From Candidatus Aldehydirespirator sp. (GTDB lineage Bacteria; Actinomycetota; Acidimicrobiia; Acidimicrobiales; Aldehydirespiratoraceae), in NCBI GenBank assembly GCA_965220345.1, contig OZ244822.1, forward strand, positions 1,980,070-2,044,069: DNA of 64,000 nucleotides. Reading direction: 5' to 3'. The notes beneath the pieces are model-generated. The model was not told where the DNA came from. It did no database searches and was given only the letters and a program-made list of their open reading frames with translations. Positions 9,086-17,891 of the stretch are shown here, in pieces. A program made the position numbers and the translations under genes. Every line of letters starts with the position of its first letter. Position 1 is the first letter of the stretch.

Positions 9086-10276
9086 CTAGCCAGGTACGCC
9101 GTTCAACGCCCCCGCAAACCAGAGTTCACCGAGACCGTAGTTTGATTGCTGTTCGCGCAGAGTGATCTCATGGCTGTTAATGGCTGGAATCTTGGAAGCG
9201 CCCGTCGCGGGTTCACGATCACAAACAACGAGCTCGTGGGGTCGAAGACGGTTAACGAAAGTGGGAGCGTGCGTGGTTGCCAGTAGTTGAGTGTGCTCGG
9301 AAGCAGCCCGCAGGCGTTCCACAAAAAGATCAAGTGCGTAAGGATGCAAGCCGTGGTCGGCTTCCTCAATTGCGGTGAACGGAGGCTGTTTAGGTTCATG
9401 CAGAGCTGTTAGCAGGGCAAGAAGCCGCACCGTGCCGAAGGAAGCATCCGCGAGTTCAATAGGCATTCTTACACCGCGTTCACGCAGTACTACCATTACA
9501 GCGCGGCTAGACCCGCCGAGCAGCTCAAAGTCAATTGAATCAAGACCAGGAAGGCAGGCCTTTATCTCATCAAGGAGAATCGCGAACGATTCTGGATGCG
9601 TCAGCGAGAGATTGTGCAGCGCAGAGGCTAGATTGCTGGCATCGTCGGCTAAGGGTCCTGTGATGATCCTTGACGGTAGGCGGGCTGTATGCATGTCGGG
9701 CTCAAGGATTCGGATGCCCGATAGAAAATCGGCTAGCAGGCGGATTCCTTCGCCACCTTCCTCATCGGACCAGTCGGGGAGTGTCGCTAGACCCGTCGTT
9801 TGCTGGTTGGCGAGTTGTCGGATTTCGCGATTGCCTTCGTCCAAATTGTCAGCACCGAACTCAACTTTCGTGCCCGTAACGTTCAGGCGTCGCCCTTGTC
9901 CAGGGTAACGCTTCCAGACGAATGATTCCTCGCGAATGAGTTGGTCACGGCTGCTCTTGTAGAACTTTAGTTCGTAGTCGTCAGGTGCACCGTCGCTGGC
10001 GTGAGTTGTGACGATGCCCTTCACCCCAAGAACAACCCTTGATGAAGGCCCTCGACCGTCTTGGCGCTGCACATATAAGTAGCCCCCCGCGGCATCAATA
10101 GCGGCAGCGAGATCGAACCTCACGGTCGATGCGAGGAATCTCAGCACTTCAAGTATGTTGGTTTTTCCAGAACCGTTGGGTCCCACCAGAACCGTAAGCG
10201 GACCTAGAGGCACGTCAACATCGGCTAAGGATCGAAAGCCCTTTGCTCTGAGCACGGTGAGTCGTCTGATGTTCAT
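9086..10276 (-). CDS. ABC-type (AAA_15/AAA_21-like, SMC/RecF-like head) ATPase
   Basis: Walker A is 'LVGPNGSGKTN'. A signature-like 'ASFGTVRLLALLTAL' is present. Walker B/D-loop is 'FTAIEEADHGLHP' and the H-loop is 'LLATTHAP'. The protein is 396 aa. Confidence 0.8.
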   Translation of the reverse strand: MNIRRLTVLRAKGFRSLADVDVPLGPLTVLVGPNGSGKTNILEVLRFLASTVRFDLAAAIDAAGGYLYVQRQDGRGPSSRVVLGVKGIVTTHASDGAPDDYELKFYKSSRDQLIREESFVWKRYPGQGRRLNVTGTKVEFGADNLDEGNREIRQLANQQTTGLATLPDWSDEEGGEGIRLLADFLSGIRILEPDMHTARLPSRIITGPLADDASNLASALHNLSLTHPESFAILLDEIKACLPGLDSIDFELLGGSSRAVMVVLRERGVRMPIELADASFGTVRLLALLTALHEPKQPPFTAIEEADHGLHPYALDLFVERLRAASEHTQLLATTHAPTFVNRLRPHELVVCDREPATGASKIPAINSHEITLREQQSNYGLGELWFAGALNGVPG

Positions 10277-10342
10277 TACAACCCAACTGCTTGGAGCGTT
10301 GATACTGGCACACTAGACAAGTTCACTGCTCCGATGATACCG

Positions 10343-10387
10343 AGCAGGCTTAGCAACATGAAGCGAAGCGGGGGTTGCGACTTCGCA
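10343..10387. repeat. Right copy of the 45-bp direct repeat (last ~12 codons, stop and 7 nt of the dehydrogenase gene)
   Basis: It matches 8268-8312 exactly. Confidence 0.95.
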
Positions 10388-11504
10388 GATCTTCCAAGCT
10401 TTCACAGCCGAGTTGATACATCACCGAAGTTAGCTGCTGTTCAAACAACCAGGCTACGAACTCGGCACCGCTTGCTCCTAGAGCACCTAAGCCATACATG
10501 AACGCCCGACCCGCAAACGCGAAATCGGCACCCAGCGCCAACGCCCTAGCAATATCGAGGCCGCTACGCACTCCACTATCGAAAAGCACCGGGATAGTGT
10601 CGCCTACACGCTCCACCACCGGCCCCAGCGCTTCGATCGCTGCTGGCGCAGCATCAAACTGGCGGCCACCATGGTTAGACACGATCACAGCGTCGGCACC
10701 TTCATCGGCACAGCGTGCAGCGTCGTTAGGGTCAAGGATGCCTTTCACTACGACCGGTCCTGGCCAGCGGCTGCGGGTTTCCGCCAGATAATCCCAGTTG
10801 AGAGTGCCGCCCAGGCTGGCACCCACAAAACCGGCAACATCGCGCAACGCCGCTTTATCTACATAACGCTCCAAAGTGCGGAACCTCGGCAGGCCGTTTC
10901 GTAGCAGTCCCAGAGTCCATGCAGGACGCAACGCAGCTTGACTGACATGGCGGATCGTGATCTTTGGTGGCATCGAAATGCGTTGACGGGTCTGACGCTC
11001 CCGACGAGCCGGACCAGGAACATCGGCGGTAACCACAAGCACCCCGAAACCCGCTTGATGAACCCGCTCAATCAGGTCATCACGCACAGCCAGATCATGA
11101 GGCGGATAAAGCTGGAACCAGCCCATACCCTCAGCTAACGGCCCCATCTCTGACACGTCTGCGGAGTTGACAGTGCTAGCAACGTAAGGAATCCGACATC
11201 GCGCCGCGGTTGAGGCCAGCGCTGTGTCGGCACCAGGCCAGATCAAACCGGTGAGCCCCACCGGTGCAATACCAATCGGCATGGCGTAACGCACCCCGAA
11301 CAGTTCGATTTGCAGATCAGGTTTCAGCGGCCCTTTCAAGAACTGCGGTGTGAGCAGCACCCTCTGAAGATGTTCGCTGTTGCGTGCGGTGGTTCGCTCG
11401 GCACCCTCGCCGCTGTCGAGATACTCCCAAGCGAAATGCGGGATGCGTCTGCGAGCTTTGCGCCGCAGATCAGCAACGGTTTGATATTTGAGTTTGGCTT
11501 TCAC
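10350..11504 (-). CDS. FMN-dependent alpha-hydroxy-acid dehydrogenase/oxidase (LldD / glycolate oxidase family)
   Basis: The 384-aa ORF carries 'VSNHGGRQFD', 'PVLFDSGVRSG.DIARALALGA' and an N-terminal 'DLRRKARRRIP.FAWEYLDSG'. The start codon is GTG. Confidence 0.85.
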   Translation of the reverse strand: MKAKLKYQTVADLRRKARRRIPHFAWEYLDSGEGAERTTARNSEHLQRVLLTPQFLKGPLKPDLQIELFGVRYAMPIGIAPVGLTGLIWPGADTALASTAARCRIPYVASTVNSADVSEMGPLAEGMGWFQLYPPHDLAVRDDLIERVHQAGFGVLVVTADVPGPARRERQTRQRISMPPKITIRHVSQAALRPAWTLGLLRNGLPRFRTLERYVDKAALRDVAGFVGASLGGTLNWDYLAETRSRWPGPVVVKGILDPNDAARCADEGADAVIVSNHGGRQFDAAPAAIEALGPVVERVGDTIPVLFDSGVRSGLDIARALALGADFAFAGRAFMYGLGALGASGAEFVAWLFEQQLTSVMYQLGCESLEDLRSRNPRFASCC

Positions 11505-11514
11505 CGCTCACCCA

Positions 11515-11569
11515 AGCTAGTGCTGCGAGCTCGAGCTAGTGCTGCGACATACCAAGCTGAGTGCTGCGA
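11515..11569. promoter_or_regulatory. Three direct repeats AGCT(A/G)AGTGCTGCGA in the divergent promoter region
   Basis: The copies are at 11515-11528, 11534-11547 and 11555-11569, spaced about 19-21 bp apart. They lie between the divergent dehydrogenase gene and the ATP-grasp operon. Confidence 0.4.
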
Positions 11570-11637
11570 TGCCCGAACTGCGGCTAATGTCTGCCCCGAA
11601 CGCATTAGTGAATGCCTATGATCTACTGTAGAGAGCT

Positions 11638-13203
11638 GTGCTGAGAGATCTTTCAGAGCTTGTAGCGCCTGCAACTGGTTTGCTTGACGGCTATGACCCC
11701 AGCCGAGGCTATGACGAAGCTTTCGACAACAACGGAATACCTCGCGATGTTTATCGCAGGATCATCGAACGCTTCGCAGAACTCGACACAGGCGAAGTCG
11801 AGCGTCTAGAGAAACTAGTAGCCAACGAGTTCCGCCGCCAAGGCATCACTTTCACCGTTTATAGCGATGATCAGGGAACCGAACGCATCTGGCCTATGGA
11901 TCTATTCCCTCGTATCATCGCTGCTGCTGAATGGGAGCAACTAGCCCGTGGTCTTAGACAGCGGGTCGTGGCGCTTAACTCGTTTTTGGCGGATCTTTAC
12001 AGCGGCAAAGCCGAGGCCATAGCTGATGGCGTGCTGCCACGCTGGGTGGTGCTCACATCCAAAGGCTTCGAGCGCAACGCCATAGGAATAACCGTGCCCC
12101 ACGGAGCGCACTGCAACGTCGCCGGAATAGACGTGGTGCGCAACGCCGAAGGTCGTTATCTAGTGCTAGAAGACAATCTGCGCAACCCTAGCGGTATCTC
12201 CTATGTGGTCGAGAACCGTGCTGCCATGGCCAAAGCGTGCAGTTGGCTGTTTTATGACCATCCAGTGGAACCAACCGACCAATACGGACAGATGCTGCGC
12301 TCCACGCTTGACTCCATGGCACCGGGAGGCAAAGATTCGCCTCATGTGGTGGTGCTGACCCCTGGCATATACAACTCGGCCTACTTTGAGCACGCCTTTT
12401 TGGCTCGTGCCATGGGTGTGGAACTCGTGGAAGGCCGAGACCTAGTAGTGGACGGACACACCGTCTATTCACGCACTATTGAAGGTCTGGTTCCTGTGGA
12501 TGTGATCTATCGCCGCATCGACGATGGTTTCTTGGATCCTGTGGCTTTCAAGCCGGACTCTACGCTAGGTGTTCCAGGGCTGCTGGGTGCTTTACGAGCT
12601 GGCACGGTGACTGTGTGCAACGCCATCGGTAACGGCGTGGTCGACGACAAAGCCGTATTCGCGTATGTGCCTGAACTGATTCGCTATTACCTCGGCGAAG
12701 AACCCATAGTTGACAATGTTGACACTTACATAATGTGGGATCCTGAGCAGCGCAGCGATGCTTTAGCGCGGCTGGATCAGCTGGTAGTCAAGCCAGTAGC
12801 AGAGTCTGGTGGATATGGGGTGCTGATCGGGCCGCAGGCATCTGAGCAAGAACTGCAACAAGCCAGAGCCGAGATTGAAGCCGATCCACGCAACTGGATC
12901 GTGCAAGAACTGGTGCAGCTTTCGACTTTGCCAGCGTTTGGAGGTGAGCGTTTAGAGCCTCGCCATCTGGATCTGCGCCCGTTTGTGCTGACCGGTGAAC
13001 GCACCGAAGTGTTTCCAGGCGGTTTGACACGGGTAGCTATGCGCAGAGGATCACTGATCGTCAATTCGTCCCAAGGCGGTGGCTCCAAAGACACCTGGGT
13101 GCTCTCGGAGCAGTCTGAGTCAGATGATTTTGAGTCAGATGACCAGCAGGCGGGAGAGACGGAGGGCTTTGAGTCTGGGGTGGAGACGGAGGGACAGGAG
13201 TGA
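11638..13203 (+). CDS. Circularly permuted type-2 ATP-grasp protein (COG2308-like) with acidic C-terminal tail
   Basis: The 521-aa ORF has the N-terminal pattern 'LLDGYD...YDE.FD..G.PR' and 'ERIWPMDLFPRII...EW..L..GL.QRV.ALN.FL.DLY'. The tail reads SESDDFESDDQQAGETEGFESGVETEGQE. It is followed by alpha-E and transglutaminase genes, the canonical context. Confidence 0.75.
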   Translation: MLRDLSELVAPATGLLDGYDPSRGYDEAFDNNGIPRDVYRRIIERFAELDTGEVERLEKLVANEFRRQGITFTVYSDDQGTERIWPMDLFPRIIAAAEWEQLARGLRQRVVALNSFLADLYSGKAEAIADGVLPRWVVLTSKGFERNAIGITVPHGAHCNVAGIDVVRNAEGRYLVLEDNLRNPSGISYVVENRAAMAKACSWLFYDHPVEPTDQYGQMLRSTLDSMAPGGKDSPHVVVLTPGIYNSAYFEHAFLARAMGVELVEGRDLVVDGHTVYSRTIEGLVPVDVIYRRIDDGFLDPVAFKPDSTLGVPGLLGALRAGTVTVCNAIGNGVVDDKAVFAYVPELIRYYLGEEPIVDNVDTYIMWDPEQRSDALARLDQLVVKPVAESGGYGVLIGPQASEQELQQARAEIEADPRNWIVQELVQLSTLPAFGGERLEPRHLDLRPFVLTGERTEVFPGGLTRVAMRRGSLIVNSSQGGGSKDTWVLSEQSESDDFESDDQQAGETEGFESGVETEGQE

Positions 13204-14231
13204 TCCTGGCTCGCCATGCCGAAGCTCTGCTGTGGGCGGGTCGCTATTTGGAACGTGCTGAGAGCACCGCACGATGCCTCAATTATGCGGCCAACTCAGT
13301 GATAGAACTGCGTGACGACGAAGCCCGAGCCGAAAGCGAACTGCTGGTACGCATTCTGGGTCTGCAAAACGAACTAGAAGAAGCCGGACAGATAGTGAGC
13401 CGTCCGCAACTGGTGGCTTTCTTGTTGTCGGATCAGGACAATCCGGGTTCGTTGGTGTCAGCGGTTTGTGCAGTGCGAGAAAACCTACGCACCGTCCGTG
13501 ACCGTATCCCGATTGAGTTATGGGAGGAAGCCAACGGGCTTTATCTCAAGTTCCCGTTCTTAGGCCATGAGGCCGCTGTTACCGGGCTACACGAGGTGCT
13601 GCTCACCGTCAGGACTGCATGCCTAGCGATCTCGGGAGTGCTCAACGAAGGTATGCGCCGTGATGAGGGTCATGCCTTGATGGTTGCGGGACGGATGCTT
13701 GAACGGTCGATTTTCACTGTTGGGCTGCTTGAAGCGACCAGTTCGGATCCGCGAGGGCGTGCTGACGCTACGCGGATGCTGCGCCTCACCAGCTCGCTGC
13801 AAGCGTTTCACCGTCAGCATGGCACCGCCCCCGAATCTGCTGCGGTGATCCGTTATCTGCTTCATGCTTCGGCTCTGCCACGATCGTTGCTGAGCAGCCT
13901 AAAAAGCGTTGAGCAGAGCCTTGAGAAGTTGGGGTCTCCAGGCAGTTCGCTTGACCAGTCGCGGCGGCGGGCGGGACTGCTGCGAGCTCGTTTAGAGCTA
14001 GGCCAAGTAGAGGAGGCAATGTTGGGGGCACCCGCAGCGACTCTCAAGAGCCTTGCAGGTGAGTTGGCCAGCTTGGCTGATCAGGTATGTGCTGGCATTG
14101 TGCCCCCGCTGGCTATCGCCACAGTGCATTCGCAGTTCGTTCGCCCCGGCATTGACCCGGAGGCACCTGCAACAGATGAGGCGGTGTACACCGGTCAGGC
14201 TTTTGAGCTGTTTGGGGAAGGCACGGCATGA
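13200..14231 (+). CDS. Alpha-E domain protein (COG2307-like)
   Basis: The N-terminal 'LARHAEALLWAGRYLERAE' motif is present. The start overlaps the upstream stop as GTGA. Confidence 0.75.
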   Translation: MILARHAEALLWAGRYLERAESTARCLNYAANSVIELRDDEARAESELLVRILGLQNELEEAGQIVSRPQLVAFLLSDQDNPGSLVSAVCAVRENLRTVRDRIPIELWEEANGLYLKFPFLGHEAAVTGLHEVLLTVRTACLAISGVLNEGMRRDEGHALMVAGRMLERSIFTVGLLEATSSDPRGRADATRMLRLTSSLQAFHRQHGTAPESAAVIRYLLHASALPRSLLSSLKSVEQSLEKLGSPGSSLDQSRRRAGLLRARLELGQVEEAMLGAPAATLKSLAGELASLADQVCAGIVPPLAIATVHSQFVRPGIDPEAPATDEAVYTGQAFELFGEGTA

Positions 14232-15259
14232 AGCTTGACATCCAATACCGCATGCATTTTCGTTACTCCGATCCGGTTACCGAAGCCCAGAACGAGGTGC
14301 GAGTGCGACCCCTTGACGACGACTGGCAGCAAGTCACTGCATATCGGCTGGCATCGCAGCCGCTAGTGCCAGTGCTTCAAGCCACCGATTATTGGGGCAC
14401 GGTTGTTGAGCATCTCGGTGTGCGCACACCTCACAGCGAGATGGAACTACTGGCCGAAGCTTCAGTAGAAACCACGCCGCGTCCGCTGCCTGATGCCTCT
14501 GTTGCTGATGTATCCACTGAGGCGCTGTTCGAGCAGAGCTTTTGTGACAAATATTTCGAGATGCTGCAAACTTCGCCACATGTGCAATGGGCAACAGGCG
14601 ATGCCGTGACCCGCAGAGCGCAAGCGGCTGTTGATGGCGCCGCAACAGTTGCTGAGATGGTGGCTGCTGTCATTGAAGATGTGCGCTCAACGCTGCAATA
14701 CGAGCCTGGTAGCACCGAGATCGGGGTTTCGCTGGCTGAGATACTCGAAGGCCGAGCAGGTGTCTGTCAGGACTACGCCCACCTCGCTATCGGCATGATG
14801 CGCAGCATCGGCATCCCAGCTCGATACGTGTCGGGCTACTTTTTTGCCGCTGATGAGACTGTTGCCGCTGATGATGCTGTTGCCGCTGATAAGGCCGAGA
14901 GTGCTGAGCAGGGTGCTGAACCGGCCGCTGACCAGTCTGACGATGTCGTGAGTGTGCAGACCCACGCCTGGGTTGAGGTTGCTTTGCCGGGCTGGGGCTG
15001 GTGGGCGCTTGACCCCACCAATGGTGGAACCGTGGGTGAGCGTCACGTCGTGATCGGTTGTGGCCGTGATTATGGCGATGTGCCGCCGGTGCGCGGAGCT
15101 TTCATGGGTTCAGGAACAGCCGACGTGGATGCCGAAGTAGTGATCGGCAAGCGTCCCTCAAGCGATGCCTTCGTATACACGCCGCGCCGACCTGTTGATC
15201 CTTCTGCTCAGGGCGTTGCCCAAGATGCCTTCTGGCAACAACAACAGCAACAGCAATAA
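14228..15259 (+). CDS. Transglutaminase-like cysteine protease family protein with low-complexity insert and poly-Gln C-terminus
   Basis: The start overlaps the upstream stop as ATGA. The N-domain is Bact_transglu_N-like. Catalytic-core motifs are 'GVCQDYAHL...GIPARYVSGY' and 'HAWVEV..PGWGWWALDPTNG'. The protein ends in QQQQQQQ. Confidence 0.8.
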   Translation: MKLDIQYRMHFRYSDPVTEAQNEVRVRPLDDDWQQVTAYRLASQPLVPVLQATDYWGTVVEHLGVRTPHSEMELLAEASVETTPRPLPDASVADVSTEALFEQSFCDKYFEMLQTSPHVQWATGDAVTRRAQAAVDGAATVAEMVAAVIEDVRSTLQYEPGSTEIGVSLAEILEGRAGVCQDYAHLAIGMMRSIGIPARYVSGYFFAADETVAADDAVAADKAESAEQGAEPAADQSDDVVSVQTHAWVEVALPGWGWWALDPTNGGTVGERHVVIGCGRDYGDVPPVRGAFMGSGTADVDAEVVIGKRPSSDAFVYTPRRPVDPSAQGVAQDAFWQQQQQQQ

Positions 15260-15366
15260 CTGCTCAAAGCATTTGAGCGCCTGCTAGCTCGATCTCTGTG
15301 ACGCTGGCTCCAAATAATCTTGACCAAATAGGTAGGTTTTATTTTGGTGGCTGCTAAAGTCGGCAT

Positions 15367-16692
15367 ATGAGCAACACATCTACCCCAGAATGGGGCTTCG
15401 AAACCCGCATGATCCACTCGGGTCAGCTACCCGACTCGGCCACCGGTTCTCGTGCTGTGCCGATCTATCAGACCACTTCATATGTGTTCGACAGTGCCGA
15501 ACACGCCCAGAACTTGTTTGCTCTGGCCGAAATCGGCAATATCTACACCCGAATCATGAACCCCACTCAGCATGTGCTCGAAGAGCGCATCGCTGCGCTT
15601 GAGGGCGGGATACGCACCGCGGTTGGTTTGCCGGGTGCGCTGGCTCTGGCATCCGGGCAGGCGGCTGAGACTGTTGCCATCCTGAACTTGGCTGAGGCCG
15701 GTGACCATATTGTGTCTAGCCCGTCGCTGTATGGCGGCACCTACAATCTGTTGCATTACACCTTGCCCAAGCTGGGTATTGAGGTCAGCTTCGTAGAGGA
15801 TCCCGATGATCTCGAAAGTTGGGGGTCGGCTGTGCGCCCCAACACACGAGCCTTCTACGCCGAGAGTATCGGCAATCCCAAAAACGATGTGCTCGACTTT
15901 GAGGGTGTAAGCGGTGTCGCTCACGCTCACGGAGTTCCGCTGATCGTTGACAACACTGTTCCGTCGCCGTATCTGTGCCAGCCGATTCAGCACGGTGCTG
16001 ACATTGTGGTGCATTCAGCCACGAAGTTCATCGGTGGTCACGGCAACTCCATTGGTGGTCTCATCATTGATGGAGGCACCTTCGATTTCGGTGCTTCAGG
16101 CCGTCACACCATGTTCACCGAGCCGGATCCCAGCTACCACGGCTTGGCATACTGGCCAGCGTTAGGCGCGGGTTCTTACATCATCAAAGCTCGTGTGCAA
16201 CTGTTGCGTGACATTGGTGCAGCGGTTTCGCCGATGAACTCTTTCCTGTTCTTGCAAGGGGTTGAGACCTTGTCGCTGCGCATGGAGCGCCATGTATCTA
16301 ATGCCGCTGGTGTAGCCCGCTATCTGCAGGATCATCCGCAGGTTGAGTGGATCCAGTATGCGGGCTTGGAGTCGAGTCCCTACTATGAGCGTGCCAAGCG
16401 TTATCTGCCTAAGGGCCCAGGCTCGGTGATGGCTTTCGGTATCGCTGGAGGCTCCAAAGCTGGACAGCGTTTCGTTGAGAGTCTGACGCTGCACAGCCAT
16501 GTAGCCAATATCGGCGATGTGCGCAGTCTGGCGATCCATCCAGCGAGCACTACTCACAGCCAGCTCACCGAAGAAGAGCAGTTGAGCACTGGTGTCGCTC
16601 CCAACATGGTGCGCCTGTCGGTGGGTATCGAAACCCTTGACGACATCATCGCTGATCTCGACACTAGTTTCTCGGCTGTAGCTGATCTCTAG
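15367..16692 (+). CDS. metY: O-acetylhomoserine sulfhydrylase (PLP-dependent, Cys/Met metabolism family)
   Basis: The 441-aa ORF has 'TRMIHSGQ', '[10 protein letters not shown]', 'YTRIMNPT', the PLP-lysine context '[16 protein letters not shown]' and 'VRLSVGIE'. Confidence 0.85.
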   Translation: MSNTSTPEWGFETRMIHSGQLPDSATGSRAVPIYQTTSYVFDSAEHAQNLFALAEIGNIYTRIMNPTQHVLEERIAALEGGIRTAVGLPGALALASGQAAETVAILNLAEAGDHIVSSPSLYGGTYNLLHYTLPKLGIEVSFVEDPDDLESWGSAVRPNTRAFYAESIGNPKNDVLDFEGVSGVAHAHGVPLIVDNTVPSPYLCQPIQHGADIVVHSATKFIGGHGNSIGGLIIDGGTFDFGASGRHTMFTEPDPSYHGLAYWPALGAGSYIIKARVQLLRDIGAAVSPMNSFLFLQGVETLSLRMERHVSNAAGVARYLQDHPQVEWIQYAGLESSPYYERAKRYLPKGPGSVMAFGIAGGSKAGQRFVESLTLHSHVANIGDVRSLAIHPASTTHSQLTEEEQLSTGVAPNMVRLSVGIETLDDIIADLDTSFSAVADL

Positions 16693-16708
16693 GTCTGCCG
16701 CTTGAACC

Positions 16709-17707
16709 TTGCAAGGTTCCGACAAGCAACCTCAACAAGCCCAGCCTCAGGAAGCTGAGCCTCAGGAGGCTGAGTCTCAGGAAACTGACAGCCAGCAGCC
16801 GATTTATCGGCGCAAGGCTTATGAACAAAGGGGCCGTGCTGCTCCCATAGACGGGATCGTGCGGGTCAGCGCGCCCCGTGAATGGCTGGTGCTGATCCTG
16901 CTGGCCGTGATGGTTGCAGCCGTGATCGCTTGGAGTGTTCTAGGTCGCCTTGAGTCAGGGGTGACAGCCGCGTGTGTTCTGCGCCCGGCAGGTGCACCTC
17001 ACGCAGCGGTGGCTTCTGTGTCGGCGGTAGTTGCTGAGACTCTGGCGGTGCCCGGTGAACGGGTCAGCGTTGGTGATCCGCTGGTGCGACTCGCTGCGCC
17101 TGAGATCAGCTTGGCTGCTGAGCTTGCACAAGCCCGGTCAACAGCGCTGACAGCGCAAAGTCCCGGCTCTGTTGAAGCGCTTGCAGCCGCGGCTGAAGCC
17201 GAAGCGCTGCAGTCGGCTGAAACAGCAGCAACACTGGTGCTGAGCCCGACCAACGGTGTGATGGGTCCCCAGTTCACATCCGCAGGTACTGTCGTGAGCG
17301 CAGGGTCTACGGTTGCTGAAGTGTTTGACAACATCGACGCTGTGCCACAGGCGACCCTTGTCGTGGCATCTAGCGAGTCGGCACGCATCCGTCCGGCAAT
17401 GTCGGTGAGTGTCAATATCACCGCAGCAGAGCAGACCGATGCCATTCGTGTAACAGGCCTTATCAGCGACACTAGATCCGCTACAGAACTTGCAGGTAAT
17501 GAGGTGTTTCGTCTCGCGAACCTCGCGCCGGTGGGTGGTTCAGGCATCTCGGGCGGTTCAGGTGTTGTTGTGGTGGTTGATTTAGAAGACGATACGCCTG
17601 CTGGTGTGAGCGCTCTGGCTGCACAGTCGCAGGCGGCGTATGCGTGTGAAGCACACATCGTCACCGAATCGCGACGACCGATCCGACTGCTGATCGGTCG
17701 TGACTGA
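16709..17707 (+). CDS. HlyD-like membrane-fusion / secretion protein (NHLP-type bacteriocin export system component)
   Basis: It has a Q/E-rich N-terminus, one TM helix (WLVLILLAVMVAAVIAW) and an Ala-rich coiled region. It sits directly upstream of two bacteriocin-type ABC genes. The TTG start is uncertain. Confidence 0.55.
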   Translation: MQGSDKQPQQAQPQEAEPQEAESQETDSQQPIYRRKAYEQRGRAAPIDGIVRVSAPREWLVLILLAVMVAAVIAWSVLGRLESGVTAACVLRPAGAPHAAVASVSAVVAETLAVPGERVSVGDPLVRLAAPEISLAAELAQARSTALTAQSPGSVEALAAAAEAEALQSAETAATLVLSPTNGVMGPQFTSAGTVVSAGSTVAEVFDNIDAVPQATLVVASSESARIRPAMSVSVNITAAEQTDAIRVTGLISDTRSATELAGNEVFRLANLAPVGGSGISGGSGVVVVVDLEDDTPAGVSALAAQSQAAYACEAHIVTESRRPIRLLIGRD

Positions 17708-17791
17708 AACTCTTACAGGGCTGCTGTCGAGCAGCGACGCGTCCGAGGCGACTGCTAGGAACCTGTTGTCGCGGGTAGGCAAGCGACTACC

Positions 17792-17891
17792 GTTGAGTTG
17801 TTGAGTCGTTGAGTCTTTGGGTGCTTGAATAAAGATTCAATAAAGATTCGTTACAGATAAGTCATTTAGTTCAGATAAGCCATTTTAAGTT
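17792..17891. promoter_or_regulatory. AT-rich repeat-dense region immediately upstream of the C39-ABC gene (candidate internal promoter/operator)
   Basis: There are 8-bp repeats (GTTGAGT x3), AATAAAGATTC x2 at 17828-17849, and CAGATAAG(T/C)CATT x2 at 17854 and 17872. The region is clearly AT-richer than its flanks. Confidence 0.4.

Larger units (their letters stand above)
8268..10387. mobile_element. About 2.1-kb insertion island bounded by 45-bp perfect direct repeats; no recombinase gene
   Basis: The direct repeat sits at 8268-8312 and 10343-10387. The right copy is the true 3' end of the dehydrogenase gene. The island holds only two co-directional minus-strand genes. Confidence 0.55.

Noticed and set aside
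8268-10387. I looked for an integrase, transposase or tRNA gene at the borders of the repeat-flanked island.
   Set aside because: No tyrosine or serine recombinase or DDE motifs were seen in any frame between or beside the repeats, and there is no tRNA-like cloverleaf. The island is therefore reported as non-autonomous.
15260-15366. I considered a SAM-type riboswitch upstream of metY.
   Set aside because: The gap is only 107 nt and shows none of the conserved SAM-I or SAM-IV core sequences I can recall. Only a weak 7-bp hairpin (15262-15278) is present, probably the terminator of the upstream operon. An Rfam scan would settle this.
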